Below, piece after piece: positions 26,170 through 36,267 of a stretch of DNA of 64,000 bases (position 1 is the first letter of the stretch; every line of letters begins with the position of its first letter). This stretch comes from a virus (lineage: Duplodnaviria; Caudoviricetes): positions 3,650-67,649 of IMG/VR virus record IMGVR_UViG_3300033066_001787; one strand, 5' to 3'. The notes under the pieces were generated by a model. The model saw only the letters and a list, made by a program, of their open reading frames with translations. It did not search any database and was not told the DNA's origin. Position numbers and translations under genes: made by a program.

Positions 26170-27712
26170 CGTCATTGACCCTATACGATTCATCAACACG
26201 TGTTGGCCTCACATCACTCTCTACGACAAGCAGAAGGAGCTGCTGTACTCTCTGAGAGACAATGATGAGACGATATGTCCTGCGGGCAACCAACTCGGCA
26301 AAGACTTCATCGCCGGGCTGGGTGCTCTTTGGTTTTTCTACAGCCGCCATCCGGTGAGAGTGGTCACGACATCTGTCGATGACACTCAGCTCAGCGCAGT
26401 GTTGTGGGGGGAGATCAGAAACTTCCTCAACACGAGCGTCGTGGCGCTGACAGTGGACCAGGGAGGGTTCATCGTCGTCAACGACAAGAAGCTCAAGAAG
26501 ATCGTCGACGGCAAGGAGTGCGGGATCAGCTATCTGCTGGGACGAGTGGCCAGCGACGACGGCTCAGGATTTCTAGGGCACCACGCCACTGACCCGAAAG
26601 ACCTGAGACCTGACCTCATCCCAAAGACGCTGTTCATGGTCGACGAGGCATCTGCGGTGCCGAACTTATACTATGACAAGGCGCTGACTTGGGCCAAGAG
26701 AGTCTTCATCATCGGTAACTGCTACCCGTGCAACAACTTCTTCTACAAGGGGACGAACGCCGGCGACTCGTACTCCAAGGACGGAAAGAGATGCTATCGT
26801 AAGGTGCTCAGGATCAAGGCTACGGACTCTCCAAACGTCAAGTATGCGCTGACTCAGATCCGAAAAGGGATTGAGCCTACGGGTGAGATCCTGCTCCCAG
26901 GAGTGAAGAGCTGGCAAGAGTACCAGAAGAACCTCGAGACCTGGGACGAGATCAAGCAGATGGTCTCTCTCAACGCAGAGTTCTACGAGGGCGCCGAGGT
27001 CAAGATGTTTCCTCCTGCTTGGCTGGTCACCGCCAATGCTATCGCGAGGACTCTGTCGCCGCAGGACAACAAGTGCATCTCGATCGGCTGTGATCCAGCT
27101 GAAGGGGGAGACGACACGGTGTGGACTGGAGCAGGTAAGAAAGGACTCGTATTCCAGAGAGCTTACAAGACACCGGACACAGATGTGATACCCAACACGA
27201 CGATCGCTCTGATGAGAGAGTTCGGAGTGCCTGCCGAGATGGTCTGCTTTGACTCGGGAGGGGGAGGAAAGCAACACGTTGATCGGCTCAGAGCCTTAGG
27301 GTATAATGTAAGAGCGGTTGCTTTCGGAGAGCCGGCCACTGATCCCCTAGCGAACACTCAAGCAGCACGAGGTTATCGACCATCGGCGGAGAAGATCGAT
27401 GAGAAGGAAGTTCGGTATATCTACAAGAACAGACGAGCGGAGATGTATCACATCTTTCGTCTATTGTTGGAGCAAGGATATGGGATACCAGAACAGTTTG
27501 AAGAACTTCTCAGGCAACTACGCCCAATTCCACTACGTTACGATGGGGAGGGTCGCATATACCTGCTTCCTAAGAACAAACGTGATCCAAAATCTAAGGA
27601 GGATACCCTTACCGAACTCCTTGGATGCTCGCCAGATGAAGCTGACTCTGCGGTGTTGGCAACTTACGCGATGCTCAATCCTAAAAAGGTATTTATAGCG
27701 AGGGCACTATGA
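26135..27712 (+). CDS. terL: terminase large subunit
   Basis: AGNQLGKD Walker A, FMVDEAS Walker B, IIGN, IGCDPAEGGDD nuclease, NRRAEMY, SPDEADS. Confidence 0.92.
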   Translation: MPLPQEKRLLIDVIDPIRFINTCWPHITLYDKQKELLYSLRDNDETICPAGNQLGKDFIAGLGALWFFYSRHPVRVVTTSVDDTQLSAVLWGEIRNFLNTSVVALTVDQGGFIVVNDKKLKKIVDGKECGISYLLGRVASDDGSGFLGHHATDPKDLRPDLIPKTLFMVDEASAVPNLYYDKALTWAKRVFIIGNCYPCNNFFYKGTNAGDSYSKDGKRCYRKVLRIKATDSPNVKYALTQIRKGIEPTGEILLPGVKSWQEYQKNLETWDEIKQMVSLNAEFYEGAEVKMFPPAWLVTANAIARTLSPQDNKCISIGCDPAEGGDDTVWTGAGKKGLVFQRAYKTPDTDVIPNTTIALMREFGVPAEMVCFDSGGGGKQHVDRLRALGYNVRAVAFGEPATDPLANTQAARGYRPSAEKIDEKEVRYIYKNRRAEMYHIFRLLLEQGYGIPEQFEELLRQLRPIPLRYDGEGRIYLLPKNKRDPKSKEDTLTELLGCSPDEADSAVLATYAMLNPKKVFIARAL

Positions 27713-27869
27713 GCGATGAAGCTGTATCTGAGATTTGCCAAACATTGATACTGCTATTTGGGATGTATTATGTTTTTAGAATCTACTTTTGGCCTTCAAA
27801 TCGAGACTGACTGATAATGCTCGCAATGGCACTCATTGCATTTGTGATTGTGTTTTCTAAGGCAACTTG

Positions 27870-29588
27870 ATGACGAATAGAAAGACCGGCCAAGGCAACG
27901 GACAGCCTCAGCCCACGTTGAACGTAGAGCAGCAGAAGGAACTCGATGCTCTCAAGGCGAGGTTTGTCGAGATCACGAACAATGTTCTACAGACGAGAAC
28001 GCAGTTCATGCAGCAGTTCTTAGATCCAAGGAGGGATCTCAACAAGGAATGCGGTTATCCAGACGTCAGGACGGTCGATCCAGACTTCTACCGAAACTTG
28101 TACGATTCAGAGGGTATTGCGACACGGGTGGTCAATGTTCTTCCTCAGGAATGCTGGCAGGAACAGCCGACGATCTATGAGGATGAAGATGAGGAGAACA
28201 TCACTGAGTTTGAGCAGGGTGTGCTCGATCTCTCTAAGAACTTACGAGGAGACAGCTGGTACAAGGATGAGAACATTACGCCGATCTGGGAGATGCTGAA
28301 ACGGGTCGATGAGCTGTCTGGCATCGGACGATTTGGCGTGCTGCTGTTCGGGTTCGATGATGGACTTTCTCTTGAGCAGCCGGTTCCAGGGCTGGAGAAC
28401 GTCGATTCTGGTGACGTAGCGACGATCCAAGGGTTTGACCAGGACCAGAAAGAGCCTTTGCCGATCCCTCGCTCGATTCAAGGGACAGACGCGCAGTACA
28501 CAGGGACGCAGTTTGCCCCTTACATGCCGGCAAAACCTCTCAAGAAAGGAGAGCGACGCAAGCTGATCTTCCTGCGAGCGTTTGATGAATCGCTGGTACA
28601 GATCGTGCGGTATGAGGCGAACGTCTACAGTCCAAGGTTCGGTCTCCCAGTGATGTACCGAATCACGTTCAATGATCCTCGCAATCAACACAGCGGTGTC
28701 GGCCTGCCAATGGCGACGCTGATGGTTCACTGGAGTCGAGTGCTCCACGTTGCCGATCGTCTCGGCAGCAGCGAGATCTTTGGGTATCCTCGCATGCAGT
28801 GCTCTTTGCATCGTTTGTTAGACATCGCCAAGCTCTACGGTGGATCGGCAGAGATGTACTGGAAGGGTGCTTTCCCTGGGATCAGTTTTGAGACTCATCC
28901 TCAGCTTGGGGGAGAGGTTCAAGTCGATCACGACTCAATCAGAGCCCAGATGTACGAGTGGCAGAACGATCTGCAGAGGTTCTTGCTCACGACGGGCATG
29001 TCCGCAAAAACGCTCGCACCTCAAGTCGTGGACCCTACGCCGCAGATCGACACTCAATTGCAGGGAGTGTGTATTGAGATCGGTATTCCCCAACGCATCT
29101 TCATGGGGTCGGAACGAGGTGAGCTTGCTTCTTCTCAGGACGACAAGACCTGGGGCATGAGAATCAAGTTCCGACAGTACATGTACCTCGTGCCGAGAGT
29201 GATCGTTCCCTTCTTCGATCGACTCATCAAGGTAGGAGTGCTGCCAGAACCTGCTGAAGAAAACGGTTATACTGTAAAGTGGCCTCAGATCGATACCCTT
29301 ACCGAGACGGAGAAGGCAACGGTCGCGCTACAGTTCACTCAAGCTCTTGCTGCCTACGTCAGCGGTGGTCTTGAACAAGTGTGTGTGCTCAAGGACTTCC
29401 TGGTCAACGTCATGGGTCTCGACTCTGCCTTGGCTGAACAGATCGTCGAGAACGCGATGTCTCAAGAACCAGCAGAATCAGCAACGCTGCCTGATCCTGA
29501 TAATCCTGTCGACGAGTACGGCAGACCGATGCCTTCAGTTGAAGAAGAACAAGCAGCGCAACAAGAACAAGCCCAACAGGGGGAATGA
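27870..29588 (+). CDS. portal protein (DUF1073-type)
   Basis: Y..EGIATRVV, IPQRIFMG..G.LAS..D, W..L...TE.EKA; follows terL. Confidence 0.85.
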   Translation: MTNRKTGQGNGQPQPTLNVEQQKELDALKARFVEITNNVLQTRTQFMQQFLDPRRDLNKECGYPDVRTVDPDFYRNLYDSEGIATRVVNVLPQECWQEQPTIYEDEDEENITEFEQGVLDLSKNLRGDSWYKDENITPIWEMLKRVDELSGIGRFGVLLFGFDDGLSLEQPVPGLENVDSGDVATIQGFDQDQKEPLPIPRSIQGTDAQYTGTQFAPYMPAKPLKKGERRKLIFLRAFDESLVQIVRYEANVYSPRFGLPVMYRITFNDPRNQHSGVGLPMATLMVHWSRVLHVADRLGSSEIFGYPRMQCSLHRLLDIAKLYGGSAEMYWKGAFPGISFETHPQLGGEVQVDHDSIRAQMYEWQNDLQRFLLTTGMSAKTLAPQVVDPTPQIDTQLQGVCIEIGIPQRIFMGSERGELASSQDDKTWGMRIKFRQYMYLVPRVIVPFFDRLIKVGVLPEPAEENGYTVKWPQIDTLTETEKATVALQFTQALAAYVSGGLEQVCVLKDFLVNVMGLDSALAEQIVENAMSQEPAESATLPDPDNPVDEYGRPMPSVEEEQAAQQEQAQQGE

Positions 29589-29884
29589 TGCTGTCTCCGA
29601 AAGAAGAATATGAACAGTATTTCGCTACCAACGCGAAGGTCTGGATGGGTGATCGCAAACCTGATCCTTGGGAACAACTGTCTGAAGAAGCTCAAGAACG
29701 TTGGAAGATCGCTGCAGAGTTCATGGCAAAGTTTGGAAGCAAATTTGTGATCACCGCATCCTCCTTTGTTTTCAAAGCTCTGTCAGATGAGCAGCGTCTG
29801 TTGTTCATTCGCCATTATTTTCCTCACTGTCCTTTTTGTGGTCAGGACGGTACTGATGAATGCTATTGTCGGAGAGATGACTGA
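29585..29884 (+). CDS. hypothetical protein
   Basis: Tiled; CPFCG. Confidence 0.5.
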   Translation: MMLSPKEEYEQYFATNAKVWMGDRKPDPWEQLSEEAQERWKIAAEFMAKFGSKFVITASSFVFKALSDEQRLLFIRHYFPHCPFCGQDGTDECYCRRDD

Positions 29885-30090
29885 TGGGTAATAAATCGGG
29901 CTACAACGGTGGGTACAAAGGTCAAATAGGACAACCAGACCCTACACCAGAAGAGATAGCAGAGCGATGTGCCGAGATACAACGAGAACGAATCAAAGAG
30001 CCTCCTCAAACTAACGGCAATGAATTGGAGAGGATCATGAGCAGCAATGCCTTCTACCTTGGTAGACGTTACAAGATAGGAACACATTGA
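29884..30090 (+). CDS. hypothetical protein
   Basis: DPTPEEIAERCAEIQ motif. Confidence 0.5.
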   Translation: MGNKSGYNGGYKGQIGQPDPTPEEIAERCAEIQRERIKEPPQTNGNELERIMSSNAFYLGRRYKIGTH

Positions 30091-31016
30091 AAACAAAAGC
30101 AAAACCCAAGTTTCCAGGAAGATTAGACCCTACAAGGACGGTGACGCTACGGAAAGCGTGGACGGGAGATTTCAACAGGAAGTTCACTGAGCTACAGAAA
30201 CGAATCAACAAACTCATCGTTGAGGAGGACTGCTTTGGACTGGTCAAGACGCCGCACGTGGTTCTCAATGCCGGCTTCAGTTTTCAATCTACTGCCCAAC
30301 AGCTCGCTGCCTTTCAGCAATGGCTCAAGCAGCAGGTCTCGATCTTGCTCCTGGCAGACGGTGAAAGAAGCTGGTGGCGAAAGTACATCATCGACGGATT
30401 CAGAAAAGGCCAAGGAAGGGTCTTTGACGATTTCAAGAACGTTGACAGAACAACTCCCCACTACCAGTTCTTGAAGCAGGCGTTCAACAACCCGGTCTCT
30501 GAGGAGAGAGTCGAGGTACTAGCAGCGAGGGTGTTCACTGAGCTCAAGGGTGTCACGGATGCGATGGCCCAGCAGATCAGTCGAGAGCTGACGGACGGTC
30601 TGACTCAAGGGATGAACCCTAAACAGATCGCTAAGAACATCAATGACAAGGTAGATGGCATCGGCAAGAACAGAGCAAGGATGATCGCTCAGACCGAGAC
30701 CATCAGGGCTCATGCTGAAGGACAGCTCGATGAGCTAGAGAGGATGGGAGTCTCTCACGTCGGCGTTCAGGTTGAGTTCGCTGCTGCTCATAAGGGTGCT
30801 TGTCCGATCTGCCAGAAGCTGAATGGCAAGAAGTACACTCTAGAAAAGGCCAGGGGTGTCATTCCTGTACACGTCTGCTGTCGATGCTGCTTTCGGCCTG
30901 TGGTGGACTCTGATGTTTTGGAGGATGATGAGGGAGAACCTGAAACAACTCCAGAGCCTAAAAAGTCCAAATCACCTGAGTCAACTTGGACCAAGCTCAA
31001 GAACTTCTTCAAATAA
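30087..31016 (+). CDS. Mu gpF/SPP1 gp7-like minor head protein
   Basis: RARMIAQTE...AH, CPIC..LNG, P.H..CRC. Confidence 0.85.
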   Translation: MKTKAKPKFPGRLDPTRTVTLRKAWTGDFNRKFTELQKRINKLIVEEDCFGLVKTPHVVLNAGFSFQSTAQQLAAFQQWLKQQVSILLLADGERSWWRKYIIDGFRKGQGRVFDDFKNVDRTTPHYQFLKQAFNNPVSEERVEVLAARVFTELKGVTDAMAQQISRELTDGLTQGMNPKQIAKNINDKVDGIGKNRARMIAQTETIRAHAEGQLDELERMGVSHVGVQVEFAAAHKGACPICQKLNGKKYTLEKARGVIPVHVCCRCCFRPVVDSDVLEDDEGEPETTPEPKKSKSPESTWTKLKNFFK

Positions 31017-31027
31017 AGGACAAGAAC

Positions 31028-31270
31028 TTGGCTGGATTTACTCCTCTAGAGTCCAGGATGCTCGCTGTACTAAGTGATGGAAGATTTCACACAAGAGAAG
31101 AACTCGCAGAATGCTTCAATGATGAGACGCGGGACAAGGAAGACGTGTCATATGTGATCTGCAATCTTCGAAAGAAGCTAGAGCCTGTAGGAAGGACTAT
31201 CACCACCGAGCGAAGGTACTGGAAAAGATTCCACAGAATGGTGATATTGATTGCTGCGGACGACGGCTGA
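31028..31270 (+). CDS. OmpR/PhoB-type winged-helix DNA-binding protein
   Basis: FTPLE.RML.VL......TREEL...V..VI..LRKKL; probable TTG start (track start 30986). Confidence 0.65.
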   Translation: MAGFTPLESRMLAVLSDGRFHTREELAECFNDETRDKEDVSYVICNLRKKLEPVGRTITTERRYWKRFHRMVILIAADDG

Positions 31271-31318
31271 TTATTAGATTTTTTCTTCTCAGGAAGGAGT
31301 TTCGGATAACAGGTTGTA

Positions 31319-31337
31319 GAGGGTATTTACTGCCCTC
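31319..31337 (+). promoter_or_regulatory. hairpin occluding the RBS of the protease gene
   Basis: GAGGGTA-TTTAC-TGCCCTC directly before ATG 31338. Confidence 0.5.
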
Positions 31338-33917
31338 ATGGAAACCTTCATTGCAAATCTCGCAATCAGTAGAGTACAGCGGAGAACAGTTGGTGGCAAA
31401 GACTACCTTGTTGCTCCGCTTTCTCTTATTGTGCCTGGCGTGCTCAACGGTAGCAAGGGTGCTCTGTACTACCCTCCCGAAGAAGTCGCCAAGTGTGTTG
31501 ACAAGTGGAACGGTATGCCTTTGGTGCTGTACCATCCTGTCATCGACGGTCAGAACGTCTCAGCCAAGCATCCAGGCGTCATCGAGAAGTCTGGTCTTGG
31601 AGTGGTCAAGAACGCTCGACTCGGCAAGAATGGTCGGCTGATCGCTGAAGGCTGGTTCGACGCTAAGAGAACTCAGCTGGTTGACTCTCGGGTGTACTCC
31701 TCGTTGACCTCTGGCAATCCGATCGAGCTCAGCACTGGACTGTTCACCGACAACACTCCTGCCCCTTGGGGTGCGACCCATAACGGCAGGATGTACCAGC
31801 ACATCGCCAGGAACTATCGTCCAGACCATCTTGCGATCCTCCCAGACCAGATCGGTGCTTGCTCCATCAACGATGGCTGTGGAGTGCTCGTGAATAAAGA
31901 AAATAACATTGACACTGCTCAATTTGCTAAGACATTGAAGAAACTGACCACCAACACCATCTTCATGCCGAGAGGCGAGAGGGAATTTGTTATGAATCAG
32001 CTTGAGACGAATTCAAACCCTCAAGGGATCAACCAGTACACTCACGCAAAGTCTTCTGCTCAAGCTCAATCCTACAGGGCAAACCAGAAATCAGTTAAAG
32101 CAAACTCAGGAGTGACTCATCTCGGGCATGAACCTCCTCACCGCAATGCTCTGAAATCTTCGGAAGCAGGTGATCATGAAAAAGCTGCTCATTATCATTC
32201 TCTGGCAGTCAGCTTCCACTCTCGTCGAGTTGCGTCGGGAGAAGACAAATCTGGCAAACACGCTCAAGCGGTTGAAGAACACACCACGGCTGCCGCAATG
32301 CATCGAGAGGCTGCCAAACTCAAGACCACCAACAACGAAGAGATGGTTGACAACGGTGGACCGGGCAGTGGGCCTCATAAAGGCGGATACTCTCTAGTTC
32401 ACGATACCACTGGCAAGAAGATATGGAAACACACAGAATCTGGTCATGAAGTGCATTTGAGTACATCGACGATCTACAAAAAATCAGGGCACCAGCGGGA
32501 TACGACTAAAACTAAGCAGGTCGCAGTTGTGTCTACCACTAACCCAGATTTTGGAAAATTCTTGACAGCTCCACCCACTTTAGAACATAAAGCATTCTCC
32601 AAAGTAGGGGAAGGTCATGACGTCGCGGACGCTCTTAAAAAATCTGTCGCAAAACATCTTAACCAGCATTTTGGCATTGTTCACAATCAAAAAGAGTCAG
32701 AGATGACTGACAATACAGAAAAACAATCTCTCTGGCAGAAGCTTGGAGAGATGCTTGGGATTACTACCAACGGTGGTCCTGGATCTGGTCCTCATCCTGG
32801 GGGTGGCAAGTTTCAAGTGATTTCCGGCAAATTTACAAGAGGCGTGAAAGCTTCTGAGATGCGAGATCACTTTTTGGCAAAAATAGGAGCCTCTGGTGTA
32901 TCTGCTCCAGCTCACCAAAACAAGCTGAAAATTCTTGGAGAGTCTGTCGATCGTGGAGGACTGGCTAACGGGGTTAAAGGACAACTTGGTCTCCATAGCA
33001 AGAGCGAGCATCTGATTGATGCTGCTAAAGCTTACATCGCTGCGAGAGGATTCACTGCTAAGACAGAGAAGATCGGCAAAGGTACTTACCACTCGGATGA
33101 GCACGGCAATCAAATCAGTATTCATCCTCAGAAACCTGGGTCTGCACTGTCTCACTCAGTTTACTTTCATGAAGCTAAAAAGCCCACAACAAACGAAGAG
33201 GAGCCAGACAACGTATCTTTGTCTCTTTCTCAGGAAGAACGAGAGACGGTGATCAATACGTTGGTCGCTAACTGCTCCTGTCAAGACAACGTGTTCGACG
33301 AGAATGACAAGAAAGTGCTGAATCAGTTCAGCGATGAGACTCTGCGAGAGCTAGTAGCAAACTCAAAGAAGAAACCCAAAGAGCCTGAGCTCGATGGCGA
33401 TGATAAAGAGCCTGACGCCGATCAGGACGATTCCAAACTCACTGATAACAAGGAAAACGAAATGGCCGATGGCGAAAAGAAACCAGAAGCACCTGCTCCG
33501 CTGACCCAGGAAGCTGTCTTGAACGCTCTCAAGGGTTTGACCCGAGAACAGTTCATGAGCATCGCTCCAAAGGATGTCCAGGAAGCAGTCGTCAACAGCG
33601 AGAACATCGTCAACAAGCACAAGGCTGACTTGATTCTCCAGTTGACCGCAAACGTCAAGGATGAAGCTGTCAAAGCTCGACAGATCGCGATCTTCCAAGA
33701 GATGAAACCTGATCAGCTCCAGGACATCCTCGCAGCGATTCCTCAGCCGACTGCCAACGCACAAGCTCGGTCTGTGGCTTCCTACCTGGGAGCGCAAGGA
33801 GCACCGGCAGCTCAAGTGCTGACCCGCAACGCCGATGCGGACAAGAAGACGATCGAAGAGATGACTCCTCCAAAGATCGACTACAAGGAACTGGCGGCAA
33901 ACAGCCGTCGAAACTAA
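31338..33917 (+). CDS. DUF2213-type prohead protease/scaffold polyprotein with inserted modules
   Basis: WNGMPLV..HP, IELSTG, DHLAIL...GACS...GCG; C-terminal helical scaffold. Confidence 0.85.
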   Translation: METFIANLAISRVQRRTVGGKDYLVAPLSLIVPGVLNGSKGALYYPPEEVAKCVDKWNGMPLVLYHPVIDGQNVSAKHPGVIEKSGLGVVKNARLGKNGRLIAEGWFDAKRTQLVDSRVYSSLTSGNPIELSTGLFTDNTPAPWGATHNGRMYQHIARNYRPDHLAILPDQIGACSINDGCGVLVNKENNIDTAQFAKTLKKLTTNTIFMPRGEREFVMNQLETNSNPQGINQYTHAKSSAQAQSYRANQKSVKANSGVTHLGHEPPHRNALKSSEAGDHEKAAHYHSLAVSFHSRRVASGEDKSGKHAQAVEEHTTAAAMHREAAKLKTTNNEEMVDNGGPGSGPHKGGYSLVHDTTGKKIWKHTESGHEVHLSTSTIYKKSGHQRDTTKTKQVAVVSTTNPDFGKFLTAPPTLEHKAFSKVGEGHDVADALKKSVAKHLNQHFGIVHNQKESEMTDNTEKQSLWQKLGEMLGITTNGGPGSGPHPGGGKFQVISGKFTRGVKASEMRDHFLAKIGASGVSAPAHQNKLKILGESVDRGGLANGVKGQLGLHSKSEHLIDAAKAYIAARGFTAKTEKIGKGTYHSDEHGNQISIHPQKPGSALSHSVYFHEAKKPTTNEEEPDNVSLSLSQEERETVINTLVANCSCQDNVFDENDKKVLNQFSDETLRELVANSKKKPKEPELDGDDKEPDADQDDSKLTDNKENEMADGEKKPEAPAPLTQEAVLNALKGLTREQFMSIAPKDVQEAVVNSENIVNKHKADLILQLTANVKDEAVKARQIAIFQEMKPDQLQDILAAIPQPTANAQARSVASYLGAQGAPAAQVLTRNADADKKTIEEMTPPKIDYKELAANSRRN

Positions 33918-33981
33918 CCCCAGTCTGACGAACGTCTCGTTGACTGTTTACAAATAACCTTCTCAGATATGGGAGATTGAA

Positions 33982-34452
33982 ATGGCTGCTGGTGCTGGAA
34001 TTATCGCTTCTGCCGATCCAAAAGGTACATTCCTTGAAGGGATCATCTACGGGACTCCCAAACCGGGTGTCATGATGCAGATCAAGGCTGCCGTCGAGAT
34101 GGTGGCTGGAGTCTTCACTTGGGAGGTTTATACTCCTGGAACTTCTGGTGATCCTCGCCTCTGTGCGATCCTCTTGCCGGATGAGCTGCAAGGTGCGACG
34201 GTCTCTGACGCGTATGTCAGCGGCAAGCGTTGCTACATGTACTGTCCTCTCCCTGGCGAGCTGATGAACATCCTGTTGAAGGACGTGGCAGGAACAGGGG
34301 ATGACCATGCTATCGGTGATCGAGTCTATGCCGAGAACGGCAGCGGCAAGTTCATCGTCCAGTCCACGTCGGCGAACATCTCGCAGTTCACCCTGCTTGA
34401 GACCCAGACCGATCCTGCTGCAGATGCTCTGTGCCTGGCGATGAAGTCCTAA
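33982..34452 (+). CDS. capsid decoration/cement protein
   Basis: Position between scaffold and capsid genes; PG..M...beta-tulip-like pattern. Confidence 0.65.
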   Translation: MAAGAGIIASADPKGTFLEGIIYGTPKPGVMMQIKAAVEMVAGVFTWEVYTPGTSGDPRLCAILLPDELQGATVSDAYVSGKRCYMYCPLPGELMNILLKDVAGTGDDHAIGDRVYAENGSGKFIVQSTSANISQFTLLETQTDPAADALCLAMKS

Positions 34453-34495
34453 ACCCTTTTCACAACTACAAAACCTTCAAGAGGAGATTGCATAA

Positions 34496-35689
34496 GTGTT
34501 AACTCAAGACTTTATTCTGAACGGACAAGGCCATGGAGCGGCTGCTCAAATGTTGGAGGGAGTCCGGTTTGACGCTGGCCTGCTCCGGCCGTTCATCGAC
34601 GAAAACAATCGAGCTTGCTGCTTGGTCAGCAATGGTCGTGGTGGACGAGAGGTTGTCGAAGTCCGAGAGCTGATCGCCAATGGGATCAATTCTCCAGTCT
34701 TCAACGCCACGTCTCTCCGCAAGGAAGAGTGGATCAAGCTGGACGAACAAGTCCTGCGTGCTGCTCGCTATCGACTGCGTGCTTGGGCTGACTTGGCTGC
34801 GGCCAACAGCTTTGGCGGTTTCAACGGGATGGGCACGACCATTCTCGAACATGAGACCATGAGTGATCCTGGCGAAGCGATCGTCGACATGGACGGTCTG
34901 GCTGCCGGACGAACAGATCAACCAGCGTTCCAGCTGCAAGGTCTGCCTCTGCCGATCACCCACATGGACTTCACGATCAGTGCTCGTAAGCTGGCTGCCT
35001 CCCGTAATCTGGGAATGCCGTTGAACAGCACCATGGCTGAAGTCGCTGGACGACGTGTCGCAGAGATGATCGAGAAGACCACGATTGGTACGAACACGGG
35101 CATCACCTACGGTGGAACGAACACCGCAGGCAGCTATGGTCGAACCAGTCAGGTGTACGGTTACACCAACTTCACGCCACGTCTGACCTACGCTTCGATG
35201 CGCAATCCAGCCACCACTGGAAGCTACACGGCATCGATGACCCTGGCTGACGTTCTGGCTCTGCTGGATCTTGCCAAGGCCAACAAGTTCTTTGGTCCGT
35301 TCATGCTGTACCATTCGAACGATTGGGACAAGTACCTTGACAACGACTACATCCTGACAGGCGGAAACGTTGCGACACAGACGCTGCGTAATCGTCTGCG
35401 AGCGATCGACGAGATCACCGATGTTCGTCGTCTTGACTTCATGTTCTCGACAGCTCCTACCCAGAACAACAACGCGGACAAGTACAACAACTTGAACCCG
35501 TTCACGTTCGTCCTGGTCCAGATGACTCCTGATGTCGCACGAGCGGTCAACGGGATGGACATCACTACCGTTCAGTGGGAGTCCAAGGGCGGCATGCAGT
35601 TGAACTTCAAGGTCATGGCGATCCAAGTGCCTCAGCTGCGAGCTGACCATTATGGTAGCTGTGGTATCGTTCACGGCACCTGTGCCTGA
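34496..35689 (+). CDS. major capsid protein (HK97 fold, Linocin-M18/encapsulin-like)
   Basis: LRKEEW..LD..V, LPLPITHMDF.I.AR.LAASR...P; GAGGAG RBS, GTG start. Confidence 0.88.
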   Translation: MLTQDFILNGQGHGAAAQMLEGVRFDAGLLRPFIDENNRACCLVSNGRGGREVVEVRELIANGINSPVFNATSLRKEEWIKLDEQVLRAARYRLRAWADLAAANSFGGFNGMGTTILEHETMSDPGEAIVDMDGLAAGRTDQPAFQLQGLPLPITHMDFTISARKLAASRNLGMPLNSTMAEVAGRRVAEMIEKTTIGTNTGITYGGTNTAGSYGRTSQVYGYTNFTPRLTYASMRNPATTGSYTASMTLADVLALLDLAKANKFFGPFMLYHSNDWDKYLDNDYILTGGNVATQTLRNRLRAIDEITDVRRLDFMFSTAPTQNNNADKYNNLNPFTFVLVQMTPDVARAVNGMDITTVQWESKGGMQLNFKVMAIQVPQLRADHYGSCGIVHGTCA

Positions 35690-35842
35690 TATTGACGTGA
35701 TCTAGGGTTTCGCTACCACTAGTGAGTGCCTGTAGAATACTGGGTTCGGCCTGCAATCCCTGTTACTCCAAGGGTCAAGGCAAGAGATTGATTCGACGCA
35801 ATCCAGGCACCTGTTCAAGTGTTATTTTCCTCAGGAGCTATC

Positions 35843-36232
35843 ATGGCAAAGACTTACAAGTATCAAGTGGTTGTTGGACGTCACGCAGAGATGGTCAGCA
35901 TCACGAACGAAGGAAAAGTTGGTGAGACGGTCAACACTGTCACCTACCACGAGGGAGACTATTTTGAGAGTTCAGATCCCAAGCTGGTGGAACGATTCGG
36001 TGCTGACAAGTTCATGCGTCTGCCAGACAACTTCGATGTTGTAGCCGCAAACCGAAACAAGGGTCAAGTGATCCAGTCGCAAGAGATTCCAAGCATGTCC
36101 TCGGACACGTTGAGCTCAATGACTGAGAAAGAACTGCGAGACTACGCTGCTGAGGAAGAGATCGACCTCAGTGGAGCCAAGAGCAAAGCAGACATCCTCA
36201 AGATTCTGCAGAGCAAGCTCCAGACTGTTTGA
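35843..36232 (+). CDS. capsid-adjacent protein with C-terminal Rho-N/HeH-like domain
   Basis: LSSMTEKELRDYA.EEEIDL.GAKSKADI. Confidence 0.6.
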   Translation: MAKTYKYQVVVGRHAEMVSITNEGKVGETVNTVTYHEGDYFESSDPKLVERFGADKFMRLPDNFDVVAANRNKGQVIQSQEIPSMSSDTLSSMTEKELRDYAAEEEIDLSGAKSKADILKILQSKLQTV

Positions 36233-36267
36233 TGTACCGTTCCTAGTTGTTTCCTGAGGAGAAGGCC

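Noticed and set aside
34499-35674. 391-aa minus-strand ORF over the capsid gene
   Set aside because: Exact antisense register of the capsid gene; a codon-bias artefact
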